A program made the position numbers and the translations under genes. Below, one piece after another: positions 41,257-50,919 of a stretch of DNA of 64,000 nucleotides. The number at the start of each line of letters is the position of its first letter. The first letter of the stretch is position 1. This stretch comes from Synechococcales cyanobacterium VAR_4_metabat_354 (lineage in GTDB: Bacteria; Cyanobacteriota; Cyanobacteriia; Cyanobacteriales; Chamaesiphonaceae). The notes beneath the pieces are model-generated. The model was not told the origin of the DNA. It searched no databases and saw nothing but the letters and a program-made list of their open reading frames with translations. The stretch spans positions 1 through 64,000 of the forward strand of contig JANOQI010000041.1 of assembly GCA_031414775.1 (NCBI GenBank). Reading direction: 5' to 3'.

Positions 41257-42555
41257 GTGAAACAATTTCTGCCACCAACCATGACTACCCGCCGCCAATT
41301 TATCGCCTACTCTGGCTTAAGTATTCTTTCTGGATCGATCGTCAGCTGCACTGGTGGTCAAAAAGCAGGTGGTAGCGGCGAAATTGAATTCTGGACAATG
41401 CAATTGCAGCCCAAGTTTACCAGCTACTTCCAAGACTTAATTGCCAAATTTGAGCAAGCCAATCCCGGCACTAAAGTAAAATGGGTCGATGTACCCTGGT
41501 CAGGGATGGAAAGCAAAATTCTAGCCGCGATGCAGGCTAAAACAGCCCCAGATGTGGTGAATCTTAACCCAGATTTTGCCGCCCAGCTCGCCGCTAGAAA
41601 TGCTTGGCTGGAACTAGATAGCAAACTGCTTAATGGTGAGAGTAAACAGTACTTACCAGGCATGTGGAAAGCTAATACTTTAGGCGATAAAAGCTTTGGC
41701 TTGCCTTGGTATATCACCACCAACGTTACTATTTACAATCAAGAACTATTCAAAAAAGCCGGGATTACTCAGCCACCAAAAACTTACCAGGAACTAGCGC
41801 AGGTAGCCAAGCAGATCAAAGACAAAACCGGAAAATATGCTTTCTTTGCCACCCTCGTACCAGAGGATGCCAATGACGTGCTGGAGTCTTTGGTACAGAT
41901 GGGAGTTGAATTAGTGAACTCCTCTGGTCAAGCCGCTTTTGATACACCTGTTGGCCAAGCCGCTTTTCAATATTGGGTGGATTTGTATAAGCAAGGTTTA
42001 TTGCCCAAAGAAATTCTCACTCAAGGTCATAAACAGGGAATGCAGCTCTATCAATCGGGAGAAACCGCCTTACTATCAGCCGGTGCGCCAGCCGTTAATG
42101 ATATTGCTAAAAATGCCCCCCAGATTGCTAAGGTATCAGCGATTGCTTCCCAAATTTCTGGTCAGACAGGCAAAATTAGTGTGGCCGTTATGAATATGGT
42201 CGTGCCCCGCACCACCAAAAATCCAGATGCTGCTGTGAAATTCGCCTTGTTTGTGACCAATGCTGCCAATCAATTAGCCTTTGCCAATAATTCTGATACT
42301 CTGCCTTCACAAATACAGGCGATTGCCGACTATCAAACTAAAATGAAAACTAGTGACAATTCGGCACTGGCACAGGGTAAAGCAATCAGTGCTGGTCAAC
42401 TAAGCAAAGCCGAAGTATTGATTCCGCCCATGAAAGATATTGGGTTACTCAAAAAAGCGATCTATGAAAATCTTCAGGCCGCGATGCTAGGTGAAAAAAC
42501 TGTTGATCAGGCCATTAAGTTGGCCATGAAAACTTGGGATAATCGAACTAAATAG
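41257..42555 (+). CDS. Sugar ABC transporter substrate-binding lipoprotein
   Basis: TRRQFI Tat-like motif plus IVSC lipobox; FWTMQL.P.F, WVDVPW, PDVVNLNP. Confidence 0.88.
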   Translation: MKQFLPPTMTTRRQFIAYSGLSILSGSIVSCTGGQKAGGSGEIEFWTMQLQPKFTSYFQDLIAKFEQANPGTKVKWVDVPWSGMESKILAAMQAKTAPDVVNLNPDFAAQLAARNAWLELDSKLLNGESKQYLPGMWKANTLGDKSFGLPWYITTNVTIYNQELFKKAGITQPPKTYQELAQVAKQIKDKTGKYAFFATLVPEDANDVLESLVQMGVELVNSSGQAAFDTPVGQAAFQYWVDLYKQGLLPKEILTQGHKQGMQLYQSGETALLSAGAPAVNDIAKNAPQIAKVSAIASQISGQTGKISVAVMNMVVPRTTKNPDAAVKFALFVTNAANQLAFANNSDTLPSQIQAIADYQTKMKTSDNSALAQGKAISAGQLSKAEVLIPPMKDIGLLKKAIYENLQAAMLGEKTVDQAIKLAMKTWDNRTK

Positions 42556-42558
42556 TCA

Positions 42559-44277
42559 TCATACCTTGGCCACCTGATTATCAAGTGGAATAGTATGAGT
42601 ACTCATTTGTTCTTTTATCCGATCGGCTAACCGGATTGCTAAAGCAATGATCGTGAGGGTCGGATTAGCATAACCGCCAGTGGGAAAAACAGAGCTGCCC
42701 GTAATAAACAAATTAGAGATCCCATACACCTGACAGTTAGCATCAACAACGCCCTGTCGGGGATCATTATGCATTCTGGTGGTTCCCATATGATGGTGTG
42801 AACTAGAATGCAACATTTGAGGTAGATTGCCATTGAGTTCAACTTGTAACTTCCCAATTCCAGCTCGGGCAAATTCCGCAGCTAAAATAGTTTGTGATTT
42901 CCGAATACTTGCTACGTCGGTGGCAGTCCAATACCAATGCAACTGTGTCTGTGGGCAGCCCAGCTGGTCGAGTTTGTCGCTGAGGGTGACTCGATTATCG
43001 GGATGAGGTGCTTGTTCAGTTTGATGAAATACTTCAAACGTGGTAAATTTCTGGTCTTTATTGGCCAGATTTGACCACCCCCCCCTTACGTGTGAGGGAA
43101 ATAGCGGTTTCATACGAAGATATTGAGCATAGTTCAAAAGACCCCTGATATCTCCTAGAATGGTGCCTAAATGCTTCAAGAGATTGGGAGGAAACTGCCG
43201 ACGGTGAAGGGCTGCTACTAAGACTTTTAAAGAATCTTTTCCTGGGGTTTTAAATTCTTGATCGTTGAGTAATTCTGGTTGTTTATGAAAGTCTGGGATT
43301 CTGGGAAACATCATGACACTGATATTTAGCAGTTGTTCACGGCGCAGCGTTTCTTCTGCCACGGTGAATTTGCCCATCACGGCCACATTGTGGACAGTCC
43401 TTAAATCATACAAAGCCGTCTGGTTAAAGATATTTTGATCGATCGGAATCAATAAACCAGAACGCACCTGCGGATGATCCATGAAGAACCTACCCACTAC
43501 ATCGTTTTGATTGCCCAGCCCAGTTTGTTGAACCTTGTTAGACATCAATAACAAACGAGCATTTTCAATGCCCCCAGTAGCCAGAATAAAGATTTTGGCC
43601 TTCACCCAAAACCGATTGCCTTGCAGACAAGCAACCCGCACCCGAGTTACCTGCTGGGCTGTTTCATCGGTTTCAATTTCTACAACATTGGCATTTAAAT
43701 AAGTAGTAATATTCGGAGAGTTACAGATTTCTTGCCGATATTCATCGAGAAAAGCGTCCTTCGGACTAAATTGAAATACCCCAGTTGTGACCACTCCAGG
43801 GTCAAGAGGTAATCGGGGAGAACTGGCATCTTCCCAAACATCGGCCTCGTACATCAAATTGCTAAGTTTGCAAACCGTCTGTGCTCTCTGATAAAAAGGA
43901 TCGAGATGAGCTTTCGGAAAAGGCCAGCCACTATAGGGCACTCCTGACCTTTGCTCAAAATCTACTTCATCTAAAGGTGCATGGCGTAACCCTGTCTGCT
44001 TGCGACCAATATCAACACCCCATTCATTGGCCAGTCCCCCGAATTGACGATGGCGAGTTTCATAAAGCGTTTTAAAATCGTCGCCGATTGTTTCGCCAAT
44101 GCACAAATTCTGGGTTTCTTGGTTGAACTCCACATCACCACTTTCTAGGAGACAAACCTGAAAATCTTGCCCAATTAACTCTCTAGCTAAGGTCATTCCG
44201 GCTGGCCCAGTGCCAACGATACAAACGTCTGATTCAATGATAACGTTGGCGAGTAATTGACGACTATCAATCAACAT
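42559..44277 (-). CDS. GMC-family FAD oxidoreductase
   Basis: DVCIVG.GPAG, LATGGIENARLLL, VGR.FMDHP, EQAP.PDNRVTL, HH.GTTRM, SSVFPTGG.ANPTLT. Confidence 0.9.
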   Translation of the reverse strand: MLIDSRQLLANVIIESDVCIVGTGPAGMTLARELIGQDFQVCLLESGDVEFNQETQNLCIGETIGDDFKTLYETRHRQFGGLANEWGVDIGRKQTGLRHAPLDEVDFEQRSGVPYSGWPFPKAHLDPFYQRAQTVCKLSNLMYEADVWEDASSPRLPLDPGVVTTGVFQFSPKDAFLDEYRQEICNSPNITTYLNANVVEIETDETAQQVTRVRVACLQGNRFWVKAKIFILATGGIENARLLLMSNKVQQTGLGNQNDVVGRFFMDHPQVRSGLLIPIDQNIFNQTALYDLRTVHNVAVMGKFTVAEETLRREQLLNISVMMFPRIPDFHKQPELLNDQEFKTPGKDSLKVLVAALHRRQFPPNLLKHLGTILGDIRGLLNYAQYLRMKPLFPSHVRGGWSNLANKDQKFTTFEVFHQTEQAPHPDNRVTLSDKLDQLGCPQTQLHWYWTATDVASIRKSQTILAAEFARAGIGKLQVELNGNLPQMLHSSSHHHMGTTRMHNDPRQGVVDANCQVYGISNLFITGSSVFPTGGYANPTLTIIALAIRLADRIKEQMSTHTIPLDNQVAKV

Positions 44278-44586
44278 GGCGTAAAACCGTTGGTATACAT
44301 AGAGAATAGAGAGAATATCTACTGATGTTTAATATCTCATTAAGTTATAATATCTAGCTCAGTCAAGAAAATCTGTAATTAACGCTGCTGAGAGCAGATT
44401 ATTTAGTCAAATTACTGAATAAATTTATGCAATTTGACTTGACCGTCCATAGTTATAGAATTCATGAAAGTAACTAGAAGTATACTATTAAATTACAATA
44501 CTATTACTGAATTGTTTGCAAAAAATCAGAGCCAAATTTATAGCTTGACTCTGGGTTGTGAAAGTAAATTGGTGATGGCGATCGAT

Positions 44587-45783
44587 CTAAACAAATTTGT
44601 GAGTAAACTTACAGGTGTAGTCCACTCGCCCTCTACGCAGCAAGGCTGGATCCATCCGATCGGTAGTATTACAAGTCATTAATACCACCAGCTTTTGTTT
44701 CATTTGCACCCCATTTTCATCAATCACACTTTGATACAACGTGCCATCCAACAAACTGAGAATATGCTCGGTTTTATTGTTATCTTGGGCTGATTCAAAA
44801 GCTCGATTTTTGGCCAAATTATCGGCCTCATTGATGATTAGGCAGATCTTTTCTAGATAAACCGGGGGGATAAAATTTTCCACGGCATCATGATCCAAAA
44901 TAAAGATGGTATAGCCTAGCGGCATCATCACTTCTTTCGCAAAAGCTTGTGCCCAGACTGTTTTACCAGTACCTGGTTCACCATTAACTAACACGGCCAT
45001 TTGCGAACTGTCAAAAACAGCTTGCTGTACCGTATCCGTAAAAGCCTGAATCTCGGCTGGGAAGGATTTAAGTTGATGTTGACTATGCACCTGACCAACC
45101 CGACTCTTGTAACCGCTCAGAATCACTGCCAGATTATAAGTAGCCTTATTCACCAACGGTGTCAGGTCATTAGCATAGAGATTGTACTGGCGCTTGCCCC
45201 GTTCATAGGTTTCAATTTGTAGCCAGACATCCTGCTCTTGCCAGTAAGCCGACACATGTCCCATCACTTCTAGCCGCTCCCAAGTGCTAAACCGCTCCGG
45301 TGGATAGTAAAAGTAACGCTCCCAATAATATTGGGTGATCAGATCGGGCTTGCCCAGCAGTTCTAAGATCCGCATGATCGTGATTTCTTCCAGGCGATTC
45401 AGCACGTAGTCGATCGGAATGCTATCACGACTGACCATCTGAACTACCGGGGTTTGTACTGATAGACTTTCCTGGTGTCGATGGTCGGGGGCTGCTGGTT
45501 CGGGCGTAATAAAATTCCAAAACTCATTGATCTCATACTGGATGTGATCTGAGAATAAGTTGAAGAAATTGGCCACCGCCGAATACTCCCGCCGACCGGA
45601 AGCATCGGCCACGTCACTTATTAAATCCAAGCCTTTCTTGGCTAAATTCATCGGGTCATTCCAGGCCACATTCCACAAAAACCCTAAGTCTAAATCACGA
45701 GATAAAGGTCGCCAGCCCGATGCTAGCAAGCCCTTGTTTTGAGCACCATCTTTGCCCTGACGGTTGTAATCACCAGCTGCCAT
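44587..45783 (-). CDS. AAA-family ATPase with uncharacterised N-terminal domain
   Basis: Walker A GEPGTGKT, variant Walker B LIINEAD, SRH TCN...MDPALLRRGRVD. Confidence 0.85.
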   Translation of the reverse strand: MAAGDYNRQGKDGAQNKGLLASGWRPLSRDLDLGFLWNVAWNDPMNLAKKGLDLISDVADASGRREYSAVANFFNLFSDHIQYEINEFWNFITPEPAAPDHRHQESLSVQTPVVQMVSRDSIPIDYVLNRLEEITIMRILELLGKPDLITQYYWERYFYYPPERFSTWERLEVMGHVSAYWQEQDVWLQIETYERGKRQYNLYANDLTPLVNKATYNLAVILSGYKSRVGQVHSQHQLKSFPAEIQAFTDTVQQAVFDSSQMAVLVNGEPGTGKTVWAQAFAKEVMMPLGYTIFILDHDAVENFIPPVYLEKICLIINEADNLAKNRAFESAQDNNKTEHILSLLDGTLYQSVIDENGVQMKQKLVVLMTCNTTDRMDPALLRRGRVDYTCKFTHKFV

Positions 45784-46081
45784 AGATTTTGTTGTTGAAT
45801 AGTTGATAGTTATGGACGTGTTGTCGAGGTTCAGTAAAGATACGGCTCATTAATGAGCTGTGTTGATATCAATGACTGTTAATCAGCTTTTAGTAGCCCC
45901 ATTATTGGTTGAAGCTATCCACACCTTTTCCTGGCGGTTTCCCACTTACTGTCTAGCGGAGGGGTATTAGTGAAAAATATCAGCTGGATTCTGGATTAAT
46001 AAAATCCGAAGAAAGTATTTAGTTTCTCCAGCTCCGATCGTTGACATAGCATGATATTAAGTAACCTAAACTAAAGGTCTC

Positions 46082-46177
46082 ATGACTCTCCCTGATCTAC
46101 TTACCCTCGGACTACTGCTCTTGCCCGGACTACTGCTATCTGTGATCGTGATGGTAACTTTCGCAGCTGGCGGCTAA
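46082..46177 (+). CDS. 31-aa single-TM microprotein (not in the ORF track)
   Basis: ATG preceded by AAAGG; MTLPDLLTLGLLLLPGLLLSVIVMVTFAAGG*; the stop overlaps the convergent DUF760 stop by a few nt. Confidence 0.6.
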   Translation: MTLPDLLTLGLLLLPGLLLSVIVMVTFAAGG

Positions 46178-46518
46178 TCAGCTTCTTGATCAGCTTCAAA
46201 AAAGGAACCGCTTAAGGTTTCATCTAGTTCCATCCGCTGTTCCATCTGGCGGAGAAAATAACCAGTCATCATGGCCGAACCTAAAAGATTGGCCAGATGT
46301 TCTCGATCGGTGGTTACTTGCACGCTGAAGTGATCGGTAGGCAACATGCCAAGCAACCCTTGCACGTTGTGAGAGATCACATCCTTCACTTGTGAACTAG
46401 CCGACTTGGCTACTTGAGCGAGTACCTCTGGCGGTTGGTGCTGGAGGTATTTTAGTAGCTGATTAATGTTGATATCTGCGGTAGTTTTCGAGTCAAGGAA
46501 ATCTGAATTAAATGCCAT
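46174..46518 (-). CDS. DUF760 protein
   Basis: N.LL.YLQ.Q.PE.L..VAKSAS..V...I..NVQGLLG.LP...F.V...T.RE.LA.LL.SAMMTGYFLR..E.R..L. Confidence 0.9.
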   Translation of the reverse strand: MAFNSDFLDSKTTADININQLLKYLQHQPPEVLAQVAKSASSQVKDVISHNVQGLLGMLPTDHFSVQVTTDREHLANLLGSAMMTGYFLRQMEQRMELDETLSGSFFEADQEAD

Positions 46519-46596
46519 TTAAACCTCGCTCAGTTCTTTCTTCAAGATCACTTTTAATACTGTAGTCGATCGACATGGTAATTAACAATTCTAGGC

Positions 46597-47229
46597 CTAA
46601 ACTTCCGTTGATAGTAAAGCTATTTCTTCTGAATCAAAGTCTGTCTCAGGGTCTGCTTCTGGCGGCAGTAACGCTTCCCTAGCCTTAGCCGCAGCAATAT
46701 AGATCTGTAGATCATCGCTCAATTCGTAGGTTTGACGAAATTTATCGGTGACCTGAATTAGAGAGGAGCGATTGCCTACTTGTCTTCGTTTGCGAATTAG
46801 ACCTAATACAGCCAACTCTTGGACATGTTGATAAGCGCCACTACCGCGCAGTTCTACTAACTCGGACTGAGGGATGGGACCTTTGAGGGCGATTGCAGCC
46901 AGGGTGCGTAAGGCACCAGTACCAATCTCGGCTGGAATAATTTTGTCTCGTAGCGCCTGGAAAGATTCTTTTAGTTGGAGAGCATAACCGCCATCAATTG
47001 TTTCAATAATTTCGAGGGCACTATCTCGGTGAGCATAGTCACCCATCAGTTCGATGATGGCATCAGTGGCGGCATCTCGATCGCAATCAGCACAGGCCGC
47101 AATCGTATCTAGATCTAGGGCTTGGCCTTTGAGATATAAGATGGCTTCAATTTGGTTGACCAGACGATGCATAGCAATTGAGGAAAAGTATAGGGCTAGA
47201 TATGGCCAAATTCCTGACTGGTTGCTCAT
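46597..47229 (-). CDS. scpB: SMC-Scp complex subunit ScpB
   Basis: IEAILY, ALEI.E...GY.LQL, LRTLA.IA...PI.Q..L..LRG. True start is likely the internal MHRL. Confidence 0.9.
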   Translation of the reverse strand: MSNQSGIWPYLALYFSSIAMHRLVNQIEAILYLKGQALDLDTIAACADCDRDAATDAIIELMGDYAHRDSALEIIETIDGGYALQLKESFQALRDKIIPAEIGTGALRTLAAIALKGPIPQSELVELRGSGAYQHVQELAVLGLIRKRRQVGNRSSLIQVTDKFRQTYELSDDLQIYIAAAKAREALLPPEADPETDFDSEEIALLSTEV

Positions 47230-47308
47230 TCTAGCATTAATTTGACACTAAACAGCCCAGGACTAACCTAGGCTGTTTGGTATCAAATTTTACTTTGACA
47301 TGAAATTT

Positions 47309-47638
47309 CTAAAGAGCGGGACTACCCATGTTACTGATCGATTCACCAGTGTTAGCGACCATTCTCCGCGCACCGCTACGAGTACTTTGATGCTCTTCTA
47401 GAGGGACAAATTCGATATGGTTGAGCAGTGTCGTTACAAAAGCAAAGAGCAAGAAAGGTAAAGACAAAACTAAAATGAGTCCCACCGTCGCCATCGCATA
47501 GATTTGGCGAACACTGCTCCACAGAGCCAAAGCTGATGCCAAACTGAGGAAAATCACCATCAGCCAAATGACGATTTGGCCATAAATATCACTAAAAGAA
47601 AGGGTGCAAACCACCCGATACCGCTGGAACTTGTCCAT
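47309..47638 (-). CDS. Conserved cyanobacterial two-TM hypothetical protein
   Basis: YR.VCTL.F.DIYGQI..WL.VIFLSLA...LSLPFLLFAFVTTL.NHIE. Confidence 0.7.
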   Translation of the reverse strand: MDKFQRYRVVCTLSFSDIYGQIVIWLMVIFLSLASALALWSSVRQIYAMATVGLILVLSLPFLLFAFVTTLLNHIEFVPLEEHQSTRSGARRMVANTGESISNMGSPAL

Positions 47639-47658
47639 AATCTTTAGCGCTCAGTTTC

Positions 47659-47694
47659 AAATATTAATATGTAGCTGCTTACATATTAATATTT
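47659..47694. promoter_or_regulatory. 15-bp perfect inverted repeat just upstream of the 47309-47638 gene
   Basis: AAATATTAATATGTA-GCTGCT-TACATATTAATATTT. Confidence 0.4.
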
Positions 47695-47769
47695 CTGCGG
47701 TCAATTATGAGAACATCTCAATCTTTCGACAAATCTAGTTACATAAGTTTATATATTTGAGTAGAAAAA

Positions 47770-48216
47770 TTAGCAAACATCTGGTGGTAAGGTATTGCTG
47801 TTTTGTAAGTGCTGTTCGATCGACTGTTGCAGATCCGATCGACTGAGGGTGCGCCCGGACTCCATGTTTCCTACTTCGTCGAAAAAGATCAGCTGATTAA
47901 TCGATGCTAAGGCCAGCAGCTGAAACAGCAGATCAATTACTGGCATCTCGATCGCTAGTTCGGTAGGGCCATAAAACTTTACCGCATCCTGTTGATGGCC
48001 AAAAGCATAGACAGCGTCCATCTGAACTTTTTCGCCATTTTGCAAAGTAATCACAATCCACTCTTGAGAGCTATTTTGACCAATAAAGTAGGACTGATGA
48101 GCCAGATCTTCTGCTATTTGGTTTAGGACTGGAGAGATATGAGCGATCGGCTGCTGTAAGTCGGCTGGAGCTTGATCAATCAATTTTTGGATTTGTTGTT
48201 CTAAATTGACAACCAT
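47770..48216 (-). CDS. Conserved cyanobacterial hypothetical protein
   Basis: LEQQIQ.LID.AP, L.H..Y.I.Q.....W..., YAF, LFQL.AL....IFF. Start placed at MVVNL; the ORF track extends to 48336. Confidence 0.65.
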   Translation of the reverse strand: MVVNLEQQIQKLIDQAPADLQQPIAHISPVLNQIAEDLAHQSYFIGQNSSQEWIVITLQNGEKVQMDAVYAFGHQQDAVKFYGPTELAIEMPVIDLLFQLLALASINQLIFFDEVGNMESGRTLSRSDLQQSIEQHLQNSNTLPPDVC

Positions 48217-48396
48217 AATTCCCCTCACACGATAACCCATAAATTTTACCGTGATTTTCCGGATTGCGAATCTTACCGGATGACAGTCAGTAAAGTTTGA
48301 ATATCCATCAATAAACAGCATCTTCCAGTACAGCAACCTTGAAATGACTATCCTATCGGGTTACCCAGTAATCACTCGAATTTTGGCAAAGCTGCA

Positions 48397-48606
48397 ATGA
48401 CTGGAGGCACATCCCTAACAGTGGCAAACAAGCGCGTGTATTTTGCAATCATAAAAAAGTTATCAGTTGAAGAGAACCCGGAGCCGCCGTTATTTCCGTG
48501 GGAAAAATCCATGAGCGACTACACCGATGATGGTACAGACCAGCCCCCCCACGGGCATGATAAGTCAGAACCTTCCCCGGCGGTTGCATCTCCCGCTGAC
48601 GAATAA
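48397..48606 (+). CDS. Small hypothetical protein with PPLFPWE motif (PatU N-terminal-like)
   Basis: KKL..E..PEPPLFPWE..MSDY.D; ends 3 nt before the transglutaminase gene. Confidence 0.45.
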   Translation: MTGGTSLTVANKRVYFAIIKKLSVEENPEPPLFPWEKSMSDYTDDGTDQPPHGHDKSEPSPAVASPADE

Positions 48607-48609
48607 TTT

Positions 48610-50919
48610 ATGTTGCCAGCTCTTCCACAACTATCTGCCCGCCGTCAAACCATGGCCAGCGAGAATTCTCTCCTACTGCGAGTCTTGATCCAGTTACTGG
48701 TAACGGTGGGAATTATCGCGACCGATGTGGCGGCTGATACTCAGATGAGCCTCTGGGCAGTGCCAATTAGTGCAATGGGGGCACTATGGAGTTGGCGGCA
48801 GCGCGATCGATCACAAGTTGCCATTAAATTTGCATTGGCGGCAGCTATGTTGGCAGCGCTGGCTTATTTTTTTCAGCATTTGCTCGGTAGTCTGAATGAT
48901 ACCCGTTTAGTGTTGGCCGAACTGCTGGTGCAAATCCAGACTATTCATACTTTTGATATGCCCAAGCGTAAAGACTTGGGCTATTCGATGTTAATTGGTT
49001 TGATTTTGGTGGCAGTGGCGGCCACCATTAGCCAAACCATGACCTTTGCCCCGCTGCTGTTGTTGTTTGTGGCGATCGGACTACCAGTACTATTTTTAGA
49101 TTATCGTTCTCGGTTAGGTCTGCCTCCGATGGTTTGGCATCGCCAAATGTGGTGGGGACAGACAGCGCAGTTACCAATTCAGAATTTGCTGAAACTGTGG
49201 GGAGTGATCTTGGTTTTAGGATTACTCCTGTTCTTAGCCATGCCCCGACTACCAGGCTATCAAATTCAAAGTATGCCAGTGAGTCCTAACTTACCCAGTA
49301 CTGCTAACTATACTGGCCAGCAGATTAATAATCCTGGCTATAAAAGCAAAAAAGGTCGAAATCAATCCGGGCAAGGTCAATTAGGCACTGGAGCCGAGAC
49401 AACTGGTGATCAAGATGGAACTAAATTCGATGAAACCTCTTACTACGGATTCAACCAGCGGATCAACCAAAATTTGCGCGGTCAGCTGAAACCGCAACTA
49501 GTGATGCGGGTTCGATCTCAAGCTCCCGGTTTTTGGCGAGTCCTGGCTTTTGATAAATATACTGGCCAGGGCTGGGAAATATCTCATAACGAGGATGTGC
49601 AAAAGTTACAGCGTTCTAGCTGGTCAAACAAATTTACGCTTTCACCGACTACTTTTCAGGCTCCGGTTAAGCAAATTATTCAAAGCTACACAGCGGTAAC
49701 AGAGTTGCCAAATGTACTGCCCGCTTTGCTTTCAGCAGCTGATGTGTACTTCCCGACCCAAAATCTGGCGATCGATCGAGAAAATAGCTTACGATCACCA
49801 GTCGGTTTAGCTCCCGATCTGACCTATACAGTTCTGTCGCAGGTAGCAGAACGGTCGGTAGATTTATTGACTAAAGCCGGGAATCAATACGATCGAGAAA
49901 ATAAAGAATTCCAAAAATCTTTGCCAGATTATTTGCAAATCCCGGCGGACTTAAAAGAAAAACTACGGCCTTTTACTGAAAAAATTGTTGCTGATTACCC
50001 AAAAACCCAAATCAGCCAGCATCCCGAGCCGTTAAACAATAACTATGACACTGCGCTCTACTTAGCTCAATACCTCAAACAGAACTACCAAACGCCTACC
50101 AATCCCATGCTCTTACCACCAGTACCAGCTGGTCAAGATTTGGCTGAATGGTTTTTGTTTCGCTGTGCTAAGGCTCAGACGGCCTGCGTGCCGGGCGGTT
50201 ATCCCGATCACTTTGCGACGACCTACACGATGATGCTGCGATCGATCGGTATTCCGGCACGCTTGGCAGTCGGATTTGAGCCAGGTTATTTCAATCCTTT
50301 TACAGGCATGTACGAAGTGAAAAACACTGATGCCCATGCCCTCACCGAAGTTTACTTTCCTAAATACGGCTGGTACAGCTTTGACCCCCTGCCCCATCAT
50401 CTGCTTTTCCCGCCGAGTATCGAAGACGATCAGACTTTTAGTATCCTGAAGCAAATCTGGAAATGGGTGGCCGGTTTATTGCCAACCCCCGTAACTGCTT
50501 GGATTACCACCATTGGGGGCTATGTAGCGCTGGTAATCGTCTGGCTTTGGAGTTTCTTTGTCGGTAGTTGGTTGGGAGCAGTGGCGGCTCTGGCCACCTT
50601 AATCATCATCTCTTTTAGTGGTTTGTTGCTGTGGAAAACTTGCCGCCATTGGCAATACCAACGATGGTTACAACGACAGCCACCAATGGAACAGATCTAT
50701 CAACAACTGCTCCAGCATTTAAATCCAACCTGGCCAAAACAACCGAGCCAGACTCCTGGGGAGTACTTGCAAGTTCTAAGCCAGCATTCCGACCCGGTTT
50801 TGTCGGCAACAGCGCAGCCGATCATATCGGCCTATGTGGCTTGGCGTTATGGCCATCAAACTCCGGCTTTGGGCTACTTGCGATCGATCCTACAAAACAT
50901 CCAGAAGGCTAAAGTTTAG
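48610..50919 (+). CDS. TgpA-like membrane protein (DUF3488 + transglutaminase-like + DUF4129)
   Basis: N-terminal TMs, VMRVRS..PGFWR..AFD.Y.G.GW, HFAT....MLRS.GIPARLAVGF.PG, DAHA..EVYFP..GW..FDP. Confidence 0.85.
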   Translation: MLPALPQLSARRQTMASENSLLLRVLIQLLVTVGIIATDVAADTQMSLWAVPISAMGALWSWRQRDRSQVAIKFALAAAMLAALAYFFQHLLGSLNDTRLVLAELLVQIQTIHTFDMPKRKDLGYSMLIGLILVAVAATISQTMTFAPLLLLFVAIGLPVLFLDYRSRLGLPPMVWHRQMWWGQTAQLPIQNLLKLWGVILVLGLLLFLAMPRLPGYQIQSMPVSPNLPSTANYTGQQINNPGYKSKKGRNQSGQGQLGTGAETTGDQDGTKFDETSYYGFNQRINQNLRGQLKPQLVMRVRSQAPGFWRVLAFDKYTGQGWEISHNEDVQKLQRSSWSNKFTLSPTTFQAPVKQIIQSYTAVTELPNVLPALLSAADVYFPTQNLAIDRENSLRSPVGLAPDLTYTVLSQVAERSVDLLTKAGNQYDRENKEFQKSLPDYLQIPADLKEKLRPFTEKIVADYPKTQISQHPEPLNNNYDTALYLAQYLKQNYQTPTNPMLLPPVPAGQDLAEWFLFRCAKAQTACVPGGYPDHFATTYTMMLRSIGIPARLAVGFEPGYFNPFTGMYEVKNTDAHALTEVYFPKYGWYSFDPLPHHLLFPPSIEDDQTFSILKQIWKWVAGLLPTPVTAWITTIGGYVALVIVWLWSFFVGSWLGAVAALATLIIISFSGLLLWKTCRHWQYQRWLQRQPPMEQIYQQLLQHLNPTWPKQPSQTPGEYLQVLSQHSDPVLSATAQPIISAYVAWRYGHQTPALGYLRSILQNIQKAKV

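Noticed and set aside
45918..45960. ZMP/ZTP or cobalamin riboswitch
   Set aside because: Lacks the GACUGGCG, GGGGAGC and 3' CGCCUGGGC elements of ZTP riboswitches and the B12-box; kept only as an unnamed candidate.
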